NCBI GenBank assembly: GCA_900546325.1
Contig: URCR01000001.1
Location: 120,190 to 184,189, forward strand
Length of the DNA: 64,000 nt
Source of the DNA: an uncultured Lachnospiraceae bacterium
Lineage (GTDB): Bacteria > Bacillota > Clostridia > Lachnospirales > Lachnospiraceae
Direction: 5' to 3'
Shown here: piece by piece, positions 11,514 to 21,600 of the stretch
How the letters are laid out: every line of letters begins with the position of its first letter
How positions within the stretch are numbered: the first letter of the stretch is position 1
The notes under the pieces: model-generated
The model's input: only the letters and a program-made list of their open reading frames with translations
Databases searched by the model: none
What the model was told of the DNA's origin: nothing
Position numbers and translations under genes: made by a program

Positions 11514-12869
11514 ATGGACAAGAAGCGTGGATCATTTTCAAGTAAAATGGGCTTTGTGCTTGCTGCTGCCGGTTCCGCAGTAGGACTTGGAAATCTTTGG
11601 AGATTTCCGTATCTGGCAGCAAAATATGGTGGGGGAATTTTTTTGCTTGTATATTTAATACTGGCTGTCACATTTGGTTTCACTCTTATGCTTACAGAGA
11701 TTGCGATCGGGCGAAAAACCGGCGTCAGCGCCATCGGTGCTTTTCAAAAGTTGGATAAACGCTTTGGTTTTGTAGGGATCCTGGCCTGTATCGTTCCTTT
11801 CATCATCACCCCTTACTACTGTGTCATTGGCGGATGGGTAATTAAATATCTGGTTACATTCCTGACCGGTCAGGTAAGCGATGCTGCAGGAGACGAATTT
11901 TTTACCGGATTTATCAGTGAGTCTGTCTCTCCTGTGATCTGGTTTTCCGTTTTCATCCTGCTGACTTCTGTCATTGTACTGTTTGGAGTCGAAAAAGGAA
12001 TTGAGAAAGCAAGCCGCTTTATGATGCCTTTGCTTGTTGCTTTAATTGTAGGTGTTTGTATTTTCTGTATTACCAGACCGGGGGCTTCTGAAGGAGTGAA
12101 ATATTACCTGCTTCCTGATTTTTCCAAATTTTCTGCTACAACTGTACTGGCTGCTATGGGGCAGTTATTCTACTCCATGTCACTTGCCATGGGGATCATG
12201 ATTACATACGGTTCCTATATGAAAAAAGACAGCCATTTGGAAGCTTCCGTGCGTCAGATTGAACTTTTTGATACGGCAATCGCTTTCCTTGCAGGTCTTC
12301 TTATCGTTCCGTCTGTATTTGTTTTTTCCGGCGGAGATGAAGCTGCGCTCAGCAAAGGACCATCTCTGATGTTTATCACGCTTCCGAAAGTCTTTAACGA
12401 CATGACACTGGGCGGAGTGATCGGTGCTGTATTTTTCTTATTGGTGCTGTTTGCCGCGCTCACATCCTCCATCTCTCTTATGGAGACAAATGTTTCCATT
12501 CTCCGGGATAAATTAGGATGGAACCGCAGAAAATCAACACTGATCGTTACTGTCTATGTCTTAATCCTCGGATCGATCGTTTCTCTTGGCTTTGGTCCTC
12601 TGAGCTTCATCAAGATCCTTGGACTGGGGCTTTTGGATTTCTTCGATTTCATCAGCAACAGTGTACTGATGCCGATCGTAGCGATCCTGACCTGCATCTG
12701 CGTCGGACATTTTGTCGGAGCGAAAGTCATTTCAGATGAAGTAGAATTAAATGCTCCATTTAAAATGAAGAAATTTTATACCATTATGCTGAAATGGATC
12801 GCACCGGTCTTTTTAGTACTCGTGCTCGTGTTTGCCGTATCAGAGGCAATGGGATGGATCCGTGTTTAA
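11514..12869 (+). CDS. Sodium-dependent transporter, neurotransmitter:sodium symporter (NSS/SNF) family
   Basis: N-terminal GFVLAAAGSAVGLGNLWRFPYLAAKYGGG motif diagnostic of the NSS family. About 12 TM segments. Confidence 0.9.
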   Translation: MDKKRGSFSSKMGFVLAAAGSAVGLGNLWRFPYLAAKYGGGIFLLVYLILAVTFGFTLMLTEIAIGRKTGVSAIGAFQKLDKRFGFVGILACIVPFIITPYYCVIGGWVIKYLVTFLTGQVSDAAGDEFFTGFISESVSPVIWFSVFILLTSVIVLFGVEKGIEKASRFMMPLLVALIVGVCIFCITRPGASEGVKYYLLPDFSKFSATTVLAAMGQLFYSMSLAMGIMITYGSYMKKDSHLEASVRQIELFDTAIAFLAGLLIVPSVFVFSGGDEAALSKGPSLMFITLPKVFNDMTLGGVIGAVFFLLVLFAALTSSISLMETNVSILRDKLGWNRRKSTLIVTVYVLILGSIVSLGFGPLSFIKILGLGLLDFFDFISNSVLMPIVAILTCICVGHFVGAKVISDEVELNAPFKMKKFYTIMLKWIAPVFLVLVLVFAVSEAMGWIRV

Positions 12870-13013
12870 TTGAAAAATTTCTCTGCCATCCGGCAGGGGA
12901 GCATATCGCAGACAATCATTCTTTTTTGAATGGTTGTCTATTTTTCTATTTAGCCCCGGCTCTCGAAGTGATATAATATATAGAAGCATTACGATATCCT
13001 CAGGAGGTACTTT

Positions 13014-13679
13014 ATGGCACAACTTTTATTGATCGAAGACGATGAGGCGATTGTATTCGGCATGACCGAGGCACTCTCCCACGCAGGACATACCATCATC
13101 AGTGCAGACAGCCTCGTAAAAGGGAAAGCACTCTTCTCGTCTTCCATCCAGCTCATTCTTCTGGATCTGAATCTTCCGGATGGAACCGGGTATGATTTCT
13201 GCCGCTGGGTAAAATCAATCCGGGATGTTCCTGTCATTTTTCTTACCGTGCAGGGCGAGGAAGCCGCAGTCACAAAAGGGCTTGATCTCGGTGCAGATGA
13301 TTATATTGTCAAACCGTTCCGGCTTGCTGAACTTTTGTCCCGCATCCGCGCAGTCCTGCGCAGAGTTCCTCTGACAGAAAGTCCTGTCCTCACCTGCCAA
13401 GACATCACACTCGACCGCACAAGGACATCTGTCTTTTTGGGCAAAGAAGAAATTGCTCTCTCTGCACTGGAGTACCGTCTTCTTCTCTATTTTATGGAAA
13501 ATAAAAACCAGACCTTACCGCGCGGCAGAATTCTTGACCGGCTCTGGGACATTGATGGAAACTTCGTCAGCGACAATACACTGACTGTCACCGTGAAACG
13601 GCTCCGGGAAAAATTAGGCCACACAGAATGCATCCGCACGATCCGTGGGATTGGCTATCGAATGGAGGACAATTCATGA
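13014..13679 (+). CDS. Response regulator, OmpR/PhoB family (receiver + winged helix)
   Basis: LLIEDDEAIV receiver start, phospho-acceptor region ILLDLNLPDGTG, and a C-terminal winged-helix (…TVKRLREKLG…). Its stop overlaps the kinase start (ATGA). Confidence 0.9.
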   Translation: MAQLLLIEDDEAIVFGMTEALSHAGHTIISADSLVKGKALFSSSIQLILLDLNLPDGTGYDFCRWVKSIRDVPVIFLTVQGEEAAVTKGLDLGADDYIVKPFRLAELLSRIRAVLRRVPLTESPVLTCQDITLDRTRTSVFLGKEEIALSALEYRLLLYFMENKNQTLPRGRILDRLWDIDGNFVSDNTLTVTVKRLREKLGHTECIRTIRGIGYRMEDNS

Positions 13680-14845
13680 AACAAAAACAGAACGCTTCCC
13701 TTTTAGGCACCCTCCTCTTCTGGCTCATCCCCGGCATATTATCGGGGATTGCCGCATCGGTGTCTGCCTGCCTCTTTGCTTATCAAAAATTATCACTGCT
13801 TGCAGACATGCTTACAAAAACATCTCTGCCCGCGGCTCTGGGGCAGATTGCCCATGGGGATTTTTCTGCCGGAGCTTCGTTTTTGAAACATTACGGCTAT
13901 GAACCTTTCGATTTCTTTCTGCCCGCTTTCTGCTTTTTTTGCATCCTTTGCATTCTTCTCTTTGAGTGTTGCGGTATCCTGCTCTATCTCCGTACCCGGA
14001 AGCAGGGGGACCTTCTACAAACGCGGATCGATGAGCTGACTGCCTACCTGCATGCTGCCAATGCAGGGGAAGTCTCCGCACTATCCAGACAGGAGGACTG
14101 TCTTTCCTATCTGGAGGATGAAATCTACAAGACGGTGACAGAGCTGTCCACCGCCCGCACATCCGCAGTCGCGGACCATGCCGCCCTCTCTGACCAGATT
14201 GCAAATATGGCACACCAGCTGAAGACACCCCTGACTTCCATGTCCTTCATGGCAGAACTTCTGGAGATGCATCAGACACCCGATACCGCAGAATATCTCT
14301 TGCGTCTGAATCATCAGATCGACCGACTTCGCACATTGACTTCCAATCTTCTGACACTCGCCAGGCTGGATTCTCATGCGATCACATTTACCCCGAAACC
14401 TGTGGAGCTGACAGAACTGATCACGGTTTCCTGCGAGCCACTCCATGACTGGATGGCGGAAAAAGAGATTTCCTTCCACACCATCTGTGACGGCGAGGAA
14501 TCCGGGCTCTTCCTTCCTCTTGATTTTCACTGGACATCGGAAGCACTTTTAAATCTTTTCAAAAACTGTCTGGAGCATACCCCGCCCGGCGGAAGCATTA
14601 CCGTTTCTCTCGCTTCCAACCCGCTCTATGCAGAACTGATCATCGAAGATACCGGGTGTGGATTTGCAGAAGCGGAAATCCCCCATCTGTTCGATCGTTT
14701 CTTCCGCGGAGAACATGCCGCACCGGAAAGCGTCGGGATCGGTCTTTCCCTCGCAAAAGCAATCATCGAACGGCAAAACGGACACATCCGCGCTGCCAAC
14801 ACGGCAGACGGACATGCCCGTTTTACCATTCATCTTTATTACTGA
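13676..14845 (+). CDS. Sensor histidine kinase, intramembrane-sensing type (BceS-like)
   Basis: Two N-terminal TM helices with a short loop, an H-box HQLKTPLTSM, and an HATPase region (…DTGCGF…GIGLSLAK…). The track's 13628 start is an upstream extension; the ATG at 13676 overlaps the RR stop. Confidence 0.85.
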   Translation: MKQKQNASLLGTLLFWLIPGILSGIAASVSACLFAYQKLSLLADMLTKTSLPAALGQIAHGDFSAGASFLKHYGYEPFDFFLPAFCFFCILCILLFECCGILLYLRTRKQGDLLQTRIDELTAYLHAANAGEVSALSRQEDCLSYLEDEIYKTVTELSTARTSAVADHAALSDQIANMAHQLKTPLTSMSFMAELLEMHQTPDTAEYLLRLNHQIDRLRTLTSNLLTLARLDSHAITFTPKPVELTELITVSCEPLHDWMAEKEISFHTICDGEESGLFLPLDFHWTSEALLNLFKNCLEHTPPGGSITVSLASNPLYAELIIEDTGCGFAEAEIPHLFDRFFRGEHAAPESVGIGLSLAKAIIERQNGHIRAANTADGHARFTIHLYY

Positions 14846-14876
14846 CAGAAATGACGGGAATGCCTGTCATTTCTGA
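14846..14876. terminator. Bidirectional terminator hairpin between the convergent kinase and permease genes
   Basis: CAGAAATGACGG-gaatgc-CTGTCATTTCTG, an 11/12-bp stem. Confidence 0.45.
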
Positions 14877-14893
14877 CTACTTTCATTCTCTGA

Positions 14894-17578
14894 TCAGAAC
14901 GTATCATCCTTGACCCCTTCCATAATACTCTCCTTTTGTATCTTCCGCTCTCCCACGATATAGGCGCCTGACACGGTCAATAAAATCAGTGCTGTGTAGC
15001 CGATCACCAATCCGTACGGTGCATACGGCAGATATTCGATCAGACTGACTTCCTGGAAATGAAGATAGACGCCGAGGAAGACTGCCTGGAACGGAAGACT
15101 GAACAGAAGCGGTCGCAGCCCTAAAAAGATTCCTTCCAGCCAGAGCATCTTTCTTAACTGCTTCGGTGTCAGCCCCACGGAGCGCAGCATCGCAAACTCC
15201 CGCTTTCTCTGACAGAGATTCCCGGTGATACTTGCCCACACATTTGCGATTCCGATGACTGCCAGCATTCCGCTCAGGAAACCGACGATCAGATTCATTA
15301 CCCTGCTGCTTTCTTCATTAAGGTTTCTTTTCGTGGCGCTGTCTGTCATATCGTAATCTCCGAGACCGTAAGTTTCTTCCATGATCTCTTCGATTTCATC
15401 TGCCACTCTTGATATGGTCTGATAGGAAATGCCGTCCGTATCGTCTGTCAGATAATATCCTTTTACCCTCGTCCCTGAACTTCTTCTCGTCTCGCTGCAC
15501 TGCTCCGCCTGCGCAAATACATGGGAGAGCGGTGCAACGGCAATGAGCGTAAAGTGCGAAGGTTCCATCTCAAGCGGCGGAAGCTGTTCTGCAACTGCAC
15601 CGACCTTCAGCGAAAATTCATGATCTCCATCAATCCCGTCTACATTTTTCTCGGTAAATAAAATCTCCTCACCCTCCTGCAGCTCCAGAAATTCACGCAA
15701 GATTGGACGCTTCCTTGTCCCGTGAAATGGATCTTCTGTCTGATTATAGAAGACTGCCAGTTCCGGATCTGAAAAATACGGTTCCGGGTCGATCCCCTGC
15801 GCCTCACAGTATGACCGGAAATTTTCATCATCCATCCCGATCACGGTCGCCGCAATCCGGTATTTCCCATCCCGCTCAAAAGTAGAATACTTTCCGCTTG
15901 AGGCAATCTTCTCAAATCCTCCCATATATTTTTCTGTCTCCTCAGATGCTTTGTCTTCCTCCTGCCATGTCGCACATGCCAGTCCGTTGTAGTACAGCGA
16001 ATGTTTCACTCCCTCCACCGCATCAAGCCGTTCGGTTACTTCGGGCGATGGAAGTTTTCCATCCTGAAACCAGACCTGCACATGCCAGAATTTCTCTGAA
16101 TCAAATTCATAAATCTTTGCTGCCGCCTCCTGCACAGTAACGATATACTGGAATCCAAACAGCAGTAAAAAGGAAATGACCAGCGCACTTGTGGCAGTCC
16201 GGTATGATTTTCTCCTCGCATCAATCGCATTGGCCGCCAGCTCTCCCTCTGTTCCAAATAAAACAGCATAAAGCGGCTTTCTCTTTCTTCTTCGCACTTT
16301 CAGAGAATCTGCCGCCGCAAAGATTGCCTCAACCGGCATCAGTTTTGCAATTTTCTTCGCCGGAATCCTTGCGGACAGCCAGACCGTCAGCAGCGCGAGA
16401 ATCAATGCCGGAAGGATCGCAGGAAGTCCAAATGTCAGAACAACCGGATTTGCCACTCGGTCCGACTGATTGACCTCATTGATCAGGGACATTGCGAGAG
16501 AATCTAATCCCCATCCGGAAAAAATTCCAAGCGGGACCGGAATCACAGACAACAGAAATCCTTCGAACAGGATGGATTTCCGAATCTGCCTCGGAGATGC
16601 CCCGATCCCGGAAAAAATCCCAAGCTGACTCAGCCTCTCATTTGCAGAAAGTGCAAATGCATTGTGGATGACAAGAACAAACAGCGCTACAACAAGTGCC
16701 ATCATGACCCCCGCCATGGAGATAAAAACTCCCATGCTTCCCTCCGCCAGCATGCTTCTCTGATTTTCCGATATGACACCATACTTGATCAGAAGATCTG
16801 TATTGTATCTCAGGTTATATTCTCCATACTCATCTTTCTCCCATCCAAGTGCTGCCGCAATCTTCGGCAGTTCTCTGTAAGTCTCACGGATATTCTGAAA
16901 CCGCAGATAGACGGTAATCTGATCGTCCGGCTTTATTGTTTTTCTGTCAAGATAATGGATTCCGATATAGCCCGGCACGACCGATTCGCTGACGACATCC
17001 AGTTTCCCCACAACCTTGTACGTCTCCGTTCCCGTCTGGAAAAAGGTTTCCCCGTCCACTCTTGCCACGTTTGCATCGATCTTCTCTGTCCCGTTTCTCC
17101 GCTCCCCGGACGGAAGTGTCAAAGTATCACCGATCTTCACCTCCGGGTGGCTGGAAAAATACTGTTTCGACAGTGCAATCTCCCCTGCTTTCTCCGGAAC
17201 GCTTCCTTCAATGATCGAATACTGTTCTGCCATAGAATCCCAGTATTCCTGATCGGCGCCGCGCGTGATCAGATATGGCCGTTTCTCCTCATCCGAAACC
17301 TTCAGGACCTGCCACGGACCTTTGATCATCACTTCGGAAACCGACTCAAAATTTTCAATCTGCTCCAACTCTCTCCCATATGTTGCATCAAACAATTCTC
17401 CGTGCCAGTTGCCGCTCTCTCTCTTTGTCATCTGAATATTGTCCGTCCACATCGTATAGAAGAATCCGCAGAGGCAGGACATCATCGTCGTCATCAGATA
17501 GATCGCAACCATGATCGCCGCGCTGGATTTCTTATTGCGCCGGATTGCATCCCATGTATATTCCTGTAAGATTTTCAT
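14894..17578 (-). CDS. ABC transporter permease, FtsX/MacB-like with two FtsX modules and large extracytoplasmic domains (894 aa)
   Basis: Two 4-TM FtsX-type repeats (…GIFSGIGASPRQI… and …MLRSVGLTPKQL…), each preceded by a ~230-aa extracytoplasmic domain. Its start overlaps the upstream ATPase stop (ATGA). Confidence 0.85.
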   Translation of the reverse strand: MKILQEYTWDAIRRNKKSSAAIMVAIYLMTTMMSCLCGFFYTMWTDNIQMTKRESGNWHGELFDATYGRELEQIENFESVSEVMIKGPWQVLKVSDEEKRPYLITRGADQEYWDSMAEQYSIIEGSVPEKAGEIALSKQYFSSHPEVKIGDTLTLPSGERRNGTEKIDANVARVDGETFFQTGTETYKVVGKLDVVSESVVPGYIGIHYLDRKTIKPDDQITVYLRFQNIRETYRELPKIAAALGWEKDEYGEYNLRYNTDLLIKYGVISENQRSMLAEGSMGVFISMAGVMMALVVALFVLVIHNAFALSANERLSQLGIFSGIGASPRQIRKSILFEGFLLSVIPVPLGIFSGWGLDSLAMSLINEVNQSDRVANPVVLTFGLPAILPALILALLTVWLSARIPAKKIAKLMPVEAIFAAADSLKVRRRKRKPLYAVLFGTEGELAANAIDARRKSYRTATSALVISFLLLFGFQYIVTVQEAAAKIYEFDSEKFWHVQVWFQDGKLPSPEVTERLDAVEGVKHSLYYNGLACATWQEEDKASEETEKYMGGFEKIASSGKYSTFERDGKYRIAATVIGMDDENFRSYCEAQGIDPEPYFSDPELAVFYNQTEDPFHGTRKRPILREFLELQEGEEILFTEKNVDGIDGDHEFSLKVGAVAEQLPPLEMEPSHFTLIAVAPLSHVFAQAEQCSETRRSSGTRVKGYYLTDDTDGISYQTISRVADEIEEIMEETYGLGDYDMTDSATKRNLNEESSRVMNLIVGFLSGMLAVIGIANVWASITGNLCQRKREFAMLRSVGLTPKQLRKMLWLEGIFLGLRPLLFSLPFQAVFLGVYLHFQEVSLIEYLPYAPYGLVIGYTALILLTVSGAYIVGERKIQKESIMEGVKDDTF

Positions 17579-18258
17579 CGGCCATTCACCTCATCTCTGC
17601 AGATTCTTCCATCTTCCAGTGTGATGATCCGGTCTGCCTCAAGCGCTGTCCGCTCATCGTGGGTGATCAGCAGAATCGTCTGATGATACTTTTTGTTCGA
17701 CATTTTCAAAAGCTCGATCGTCTCCTCTGAATTTTTCCGGTCCAGATTTCCGGTAGGCTCATCGGCCAAAAGAATCGCCGGACGGTAGATCAGACTTCTC
17801 GCAATCGCTGCTCTCTGCTGCTGCCCTCCTGACAGTTCCCGCGGCAGATGATGGATCCGCTCCTCAATCCCAAGCGCCCTTACAAGCTCCTGAAAAAATG
17901 CCTCATCCGGCTTCTTTCCCTCTAACAGCACCGGAAGCAGAATGTTTTTTCGCACATCCAGCGTCGGGATCAGATTATAAAACTGATAGATGAGTCCGAC
18001 CTTCCTTCTTCTGAACACTGCCAGCTGCTCCTGATTCATTGTGGCAATATCCGTATCCTCCACAAAGATTTTCCCTTTGGTCGGCTGATCTACCCCTCCA
18101 AGCATGTGCAAAAGTGTTGACTTACCGGAACCGGATGCTCCGACAATTGCCGTAAAGCTTCCCTTCTGTATCGATAAGTTGATATCGTCAAGTGCTGTCA
18201 CCAGACTCTGCCCGGCTCCATAAGTCTTGGTAAGATGTTCACAGCGTAATACTTCCAT
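17575..18258 (-). CDS. ABC transporter ATP-binding protein (MacB/BceA-like)
   Basis: Walker A GASGSGKST, signature LSGGQQQR and Walker B ILLADEPT. 227 aa. Confidence 0.9.
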   Translation of the reverse strand: MEVLRCEHLTKTYGAGQSLVTALDDINLSIQKGSFTAIVGASGSGKSTLLHMLGGVDQPTKGKIFVEDTDIATMNQEQLAVFRRRKVGLIYQFYNLIPTLDVRKNILLPVLLEGKKPDEAFFQELVRALGIEERIHHLPRELSGGQQQRAAIARSLIYRPAILLADEPTGNLDRKNSEETIELLKMSNKKYHQTILLITHDERTALEADRIITLEDGRICRDEVNGR

Positions 18259-18340
18259 GTATCGTTCCCTCCTGATGTCATAAATTTGGAATCAGCCTTT
18301 TATCTCTGATACCTGATACTCCCATTCTAGTCAGCGAAAG

Positions 18341-18358
18341 TGACAGCTTCGTGACAAT
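18341..18358 (-). promoter_or_regulatory. Candidate response-regulator operator: direct repeat TGTCAC-N5-TGTCAC overlapping the -35 region, with a TAGAAT -10 ten nt downstream
   Basis: Read on the minus strand ~80 nt upstream of the ABC ATPase start. Direct hexamer repeats at ~11-bp periodicity are typical of OmpR-family regulator sites. Confidence 0.3.
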
Positions 18359-18430
18359 CTTCTTTTTTCGGAAACTCTACTACCACTCTTCCATCATTAA
18401 AAACAAGATCACAGCAATCCGTTTACAAGT

Positions 18431-19057
18431 TTACCGGATCCCCAGAACCCTCTTCAGCACATCCGTACACTCACTTTTGGGATCCGCGCTGTAAATATTG
18501 ACATGATTTAAATCCCCGCCTCTGTCTGTAAATGCCGGAAAGAGAAAGCCGCACTCCGGTTTTCCGGGCTCATAGCTGCCAAGAAGCGGGCAGACTGCGC
18601 AGATCAGATACTCAAACATTTCTTCAGATTCCCCTAACCGCTCCTTGTCTGCCCCCTTTGCCGGAATGTCATAGCGGTCGTGAAACATATAAATGGCATA
18701 TTCTGAATCCATATAATAATTCTCCATTACCACGTCATAAAAAGTTTCCATCAGTGCATCATTTTTCAGTCCGCACTGGCGCAGTCCCATCAGAAGCTGC
18801 CACATGCTGCCTGCCCTTCTCGCTTCCGGCTCAAATTGAAATTGTTTCAGATTCACATTCGTCTCTGAAAACGGAATCACTTTTGCAATTTCAAGATGTT
18901 TTTTTCTCTCCGGTGCGGAAAGTTTTAAAAAATTTGTATTAAAACTCCCGTCATATTCCCCCTCTTCATCTACATAGCATCCGGCAATCCTGGTAAAGGA
19001 TGTACGGGAAAGTGTCATTCGTCTGGTAAGCTCCAGCATATCGTCTCGATTAATCAT
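18431..19057 (-). CDS. hypothetical protein (possibly DUF4317-like)
   Basis: 208 aa with N-terminus …LTRRMTLSRTSFTRIAGCYVD…. The match to the DUF4317 N-terminal pattern is recalled from memory, not verified. Confidence 0.45.
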   Translation of the reverse strand: MINRDDMLELTRRMTLSRTSFTRIAGCYVDEEGEYDGSFNTNFLKLSAPERKKHLEIAKVIPFSETNVNLKQFQFEPEARRAGSMWQLLMGLRQCGLKNDALMETFYDVVMENYYMDSEYAIYMFHDRYDIPAKGADKERLGESEEMFEYLICAVCPLLGSYEPGKPECGFLFPAFTDRGGDLNHVNIYSADPKSECTDVLKRVLGIR

Positions 19058-19058
19058 A

Positions 19059-20030
19059 TTATTCTCCTCTCACCATCGTCCGGAACTCTTTCGGCGAGAT
19101 TCCATACTCTTTGACAAACGCCTTATAAAAGACCGAGTAATCAGAAAACCCGCACAGCTCCGGGATACTTTTTAGCAGGACTCCGTCCACAATCAGTTTT
19201 TTTGCCTCGATCAGCCTTCGCTGTGTCACAATCTTATAGAAGCTGACATCCATCTGCTTTTTGAACAGCTGTCCGATTGCCGATTCGCTGATCAGAAAAT
19301 GCGTCGCGATTGTCTTCAGGCTGATCTCCTCCGCAAAATGCTTCTCAATATAGCTGATGATCTCATCGAGAAGTGCCGCCTTTTCCGACTTTAGTTCCGT
19401 CATTGTCTGCCCCTTCCAGCTGCGGTACAGCAGACAGATCAGCTGAAAGAACAATCCACGGCTGAACAGTTCTGCCCCCGGCTTTTCTTCCTTCTCCTCC
19501 CGGAGCAGTTCCTCAAAAATTTTCTGAAACTGGTAAAGCACTGTCCCGTTTGTGCGGAGCACATAGGACTTCTCTCCCTGCTCTTTTCCTTCTTCCCACT
19601 CTACTGCATTTAACTCTTCGCTGCATTTCTTCCAGTAATCTGCACTTACCCAGAGTGCCGTCCGCAGATAGGGTTCTGTGAGCCGTTCCCCGAAAATCGG
19701 TCTGTGGCTGACACCCGGCGGAACAAAGATAATGTCATTTGGCTGGAGCTGGTAGCGCATATCTCCGATCAGATACTGAATATTTCCGCTTCTGCAGAAC
19801 AGAATCTCATAGAAAATATGGCTGTGAAGCGATACGCTGTCTTTTAAATAGCTGATGTCTTCATGCACATCCAGATATTTACTGTCCATCTCCATCTCCT
19901 GATAGCCGATAAACTGTCCGCTTTCTTTGAAATACAGTTCAAACTCTTCTCCCATCGTCTCTCTTAATTTCTCATACTGCTTGCTCTTGATCTCTTCATA
20001 GGTCGTTTTTTTCAGTTGGCTAAGTTTCAC
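19059..20030 (-). CDS. AraC-family transcriptional regulator (cupin sensor + HTH_AraC)
   Basis: C-terminal dual HTH (…IATHFLISESAIGQLFKK… and …IPELCGFSDYSVFYKAFVKEYGISPKEFR) and an N-terminal cupin-like domain. Divergent from the GPH transporter gene. Confidence 0.85.
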   Translation of the reverse strand: MKLSQLKKTTYEEIKSKQYEKLRETMGEEFELYFKESGQFIGYQEMEMDSKYLDVHEDISYLKDSVSLHSHIFYEILFCRSGNIQYLIGDMRYQLQPNDIIFVPPGVSHRPIFGERLTEPYLRTALWVSADYWKKCSEELNAVEWEEGKEQGEKSYVLRTNGTVLYQFQKIFEELLREEKEEKPGAELFSRGLFFQLICLLYRSWKGQTMTELKSEKAALLDEIISYIEKHFAEEISLKTIATHFLISESAIGQLFKKQMDVSFYKIVTQRRLIEAKKLIVDGVLLKSIPELCGFSDYSVFYKAFVKEYGISPKEFRTMVRGE

Positions 20031-20205
20031 AAAATTCCTCCTCTCATTTTAGAAACTTTTCACAAATCATTTCATTTCTTTCTCTATCATATCAGAAATT
20101 GTATGATTTTTGCAATATTTTATGCCAATTATGCAATTCAAATTGCAATTTCAAAGAAGTATGATAGTAAGCACCAAAATAAACTACACAACAAGGAGAA
20201 AACTT

Positions 20206-21594
20206 ATGACAGACAAAAAAATTCGCCCTTTTGGGAAAAAAGATGAACTGGGCTATGTATTCGGTGATATGGCAGGAAGCTTCGTCAACTTATTCATCGA
20301 CGGTTACTTCCTGACCTTCTGTACATATGTACTCGGAATCAGCCCTGCATGGATGGGATCTTTATTCCTCTTTGCAAGACTTTGGGATGCAATCAACGAC
20401 CCGATCATGGGATCCTTCCCGGACCGCTGGATGATTGGAAAATCCGGTGACAAATTTAAACCATGGATTAAAATCTTTATGGTACCTCTGGCACTTTCCG
20501 GTGTCCTTTGCTTCTTCAATGTTCCGCTGGAAGGTGTTGCGCTCCATGCTTATGTTGCATTTGCATACGTCCTCTACGGAATGAGCTATACCGGAACTTC
20601 CATGCCATTCGGTGCAATGGCAAGTGTTGTCAGCACAGACCCGATCGACCGAAGCAAACTTTCCCGTGCAAGAAGTATCGGCGGAACTTTAGTCGGTATG
20701 GTCGCTCTTTCCTTTGTTCCGGTCATCTGCTTTGATAAGAACAGTAACATTCTCCCAGAAAGATTTACAATGCTAGCCGTTATTTTCGGTATCTGCTGTA
20801 TTATTAGTTATCTTCTTTTAACACGTTTAACAATCGAACGAGTACGTGAAAACACGAGCGAACAACCTGAAAAATTCAATTACAAAAATGTGTTAAAAGC
20901 CGTTGTAAAAAACCGTCCACTGATTGGTGTTATGATTGCCACAGTCGGAAGTATGCTCTTTATTACAGGATCCGGACAGGTTCGAAGCTATTTATTCAAA
21001 GAATTCTATCATAATACTTCCATGATGACTGTTTTAAGCCTAGGAACCCTTCCAATCACACTGATCTGCTTTCCACTTGTTCCAAAACTTGTGGCAAAAT
21101 TCGGTAAGAAAACAACTTTATTAGCTGGTATTTTTAGTAGTACTATTTTTAGTATCCTTACATTTGTAATCAAATTCGAGAATGTCTATGTATTTACAGC
21201 TTTAACCCTTTTAGGTTTAATCGGGCAAGGGTTCTTCTCAATGTTAGTTTGGGCACTTGTTACAGACTGCCTGGATTACAGTGAATGGAAACTGCATGAA
21301 CGAAGCGACGGTTCCATGTACTCTATCTATACATTCAGCCGTAAAATCGGTTCCACAATTGCTTCTTCCGGTATTTCGTTTGCACTGAGTGCAATCGGAT
21401 ATGTATCTGGTACAAATGTAGTGCAATCTGCTTCTACAATTGACGGAATCTATTCTTTAGTTACTCTGATTCCGGTTGCAACTTGTGTTCTCGAGTTAAT
21501 CGGTATCGGACTGATCTTCAATCTGAACCACAAACAGACAAACCAGATGTATGCAGAACTTGCTGAGAGAAGAAGCAAAAAAGAAAGAGGGTAA
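20206..21594 (+). CDS. MFS transporter, glycoside-pentoside-hexuronide (GPH):cation symporter family
   Basis: 12-TM protein with GPH-type N-terminus (…GYVFGDMAGSFVNLFIDGYFLTFCTYVLGISP…). AAGGAGA SD before the ATG at 20206; the track's 20110 start is an upstream extension. Confidence 0.85.
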   Translation: MTDKKIRPFGKKDELGYVFGDMAGSFVNLFIDGYFLTFCTYVLGISPAWMGSLFLFARLWDAINDPIMGSFPDRWMIGKSGDKFKPWIKIFMVPLALSGVLCFFNVPLEGVALHAYVAFAYVLYGMSYTGTSMPFGAMASVVSTDPIDRSKLSRARSIGGTLVGMVALSFVPVICFDKNSNILPERFTMLAVIFGICCIISYLLLTRLTIERVRENTSEQPEKFNYKNVLKAVVKNRPLIGVMIATVGSMLFITGSGQVRSYLFKEFYHNTSMMTVLSLGTLPITLICFPLVPKLVAKFGKKTTLLAGIFSSTIFSILTFVIKFENVYVFTALTLLGLIGQGFFSMLVWALVTDCLDYSEWKLHERSDGSMYSIYTFSRKIGSTIASSGISFALSAIGYVSGTNVVQSASTIDGIYSLVTLIPVATCVLELIGIGLIFNLNHKQTNQMYAELAERRSKKERG

Positions 21595-21600
21595 TCTTTT

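Noticed and set aside
13628-20205. Longer N-terminal extensions proposed by the ORF track (kinase from 13628, GPH transporter from 20110, enolase GTG 10304, HlyC TTG 27614, GH109 from 36644, thiC from 60382, ADH from 61815)
   Set aside because: The extensions lack an SD, start at non-ATG codons, or run into upstream genes. An internal ATG with a canonical GGAGG-type SD at 5-9 nt spacing, and agreement with conserved family N-termini, supports the shorter models used here.
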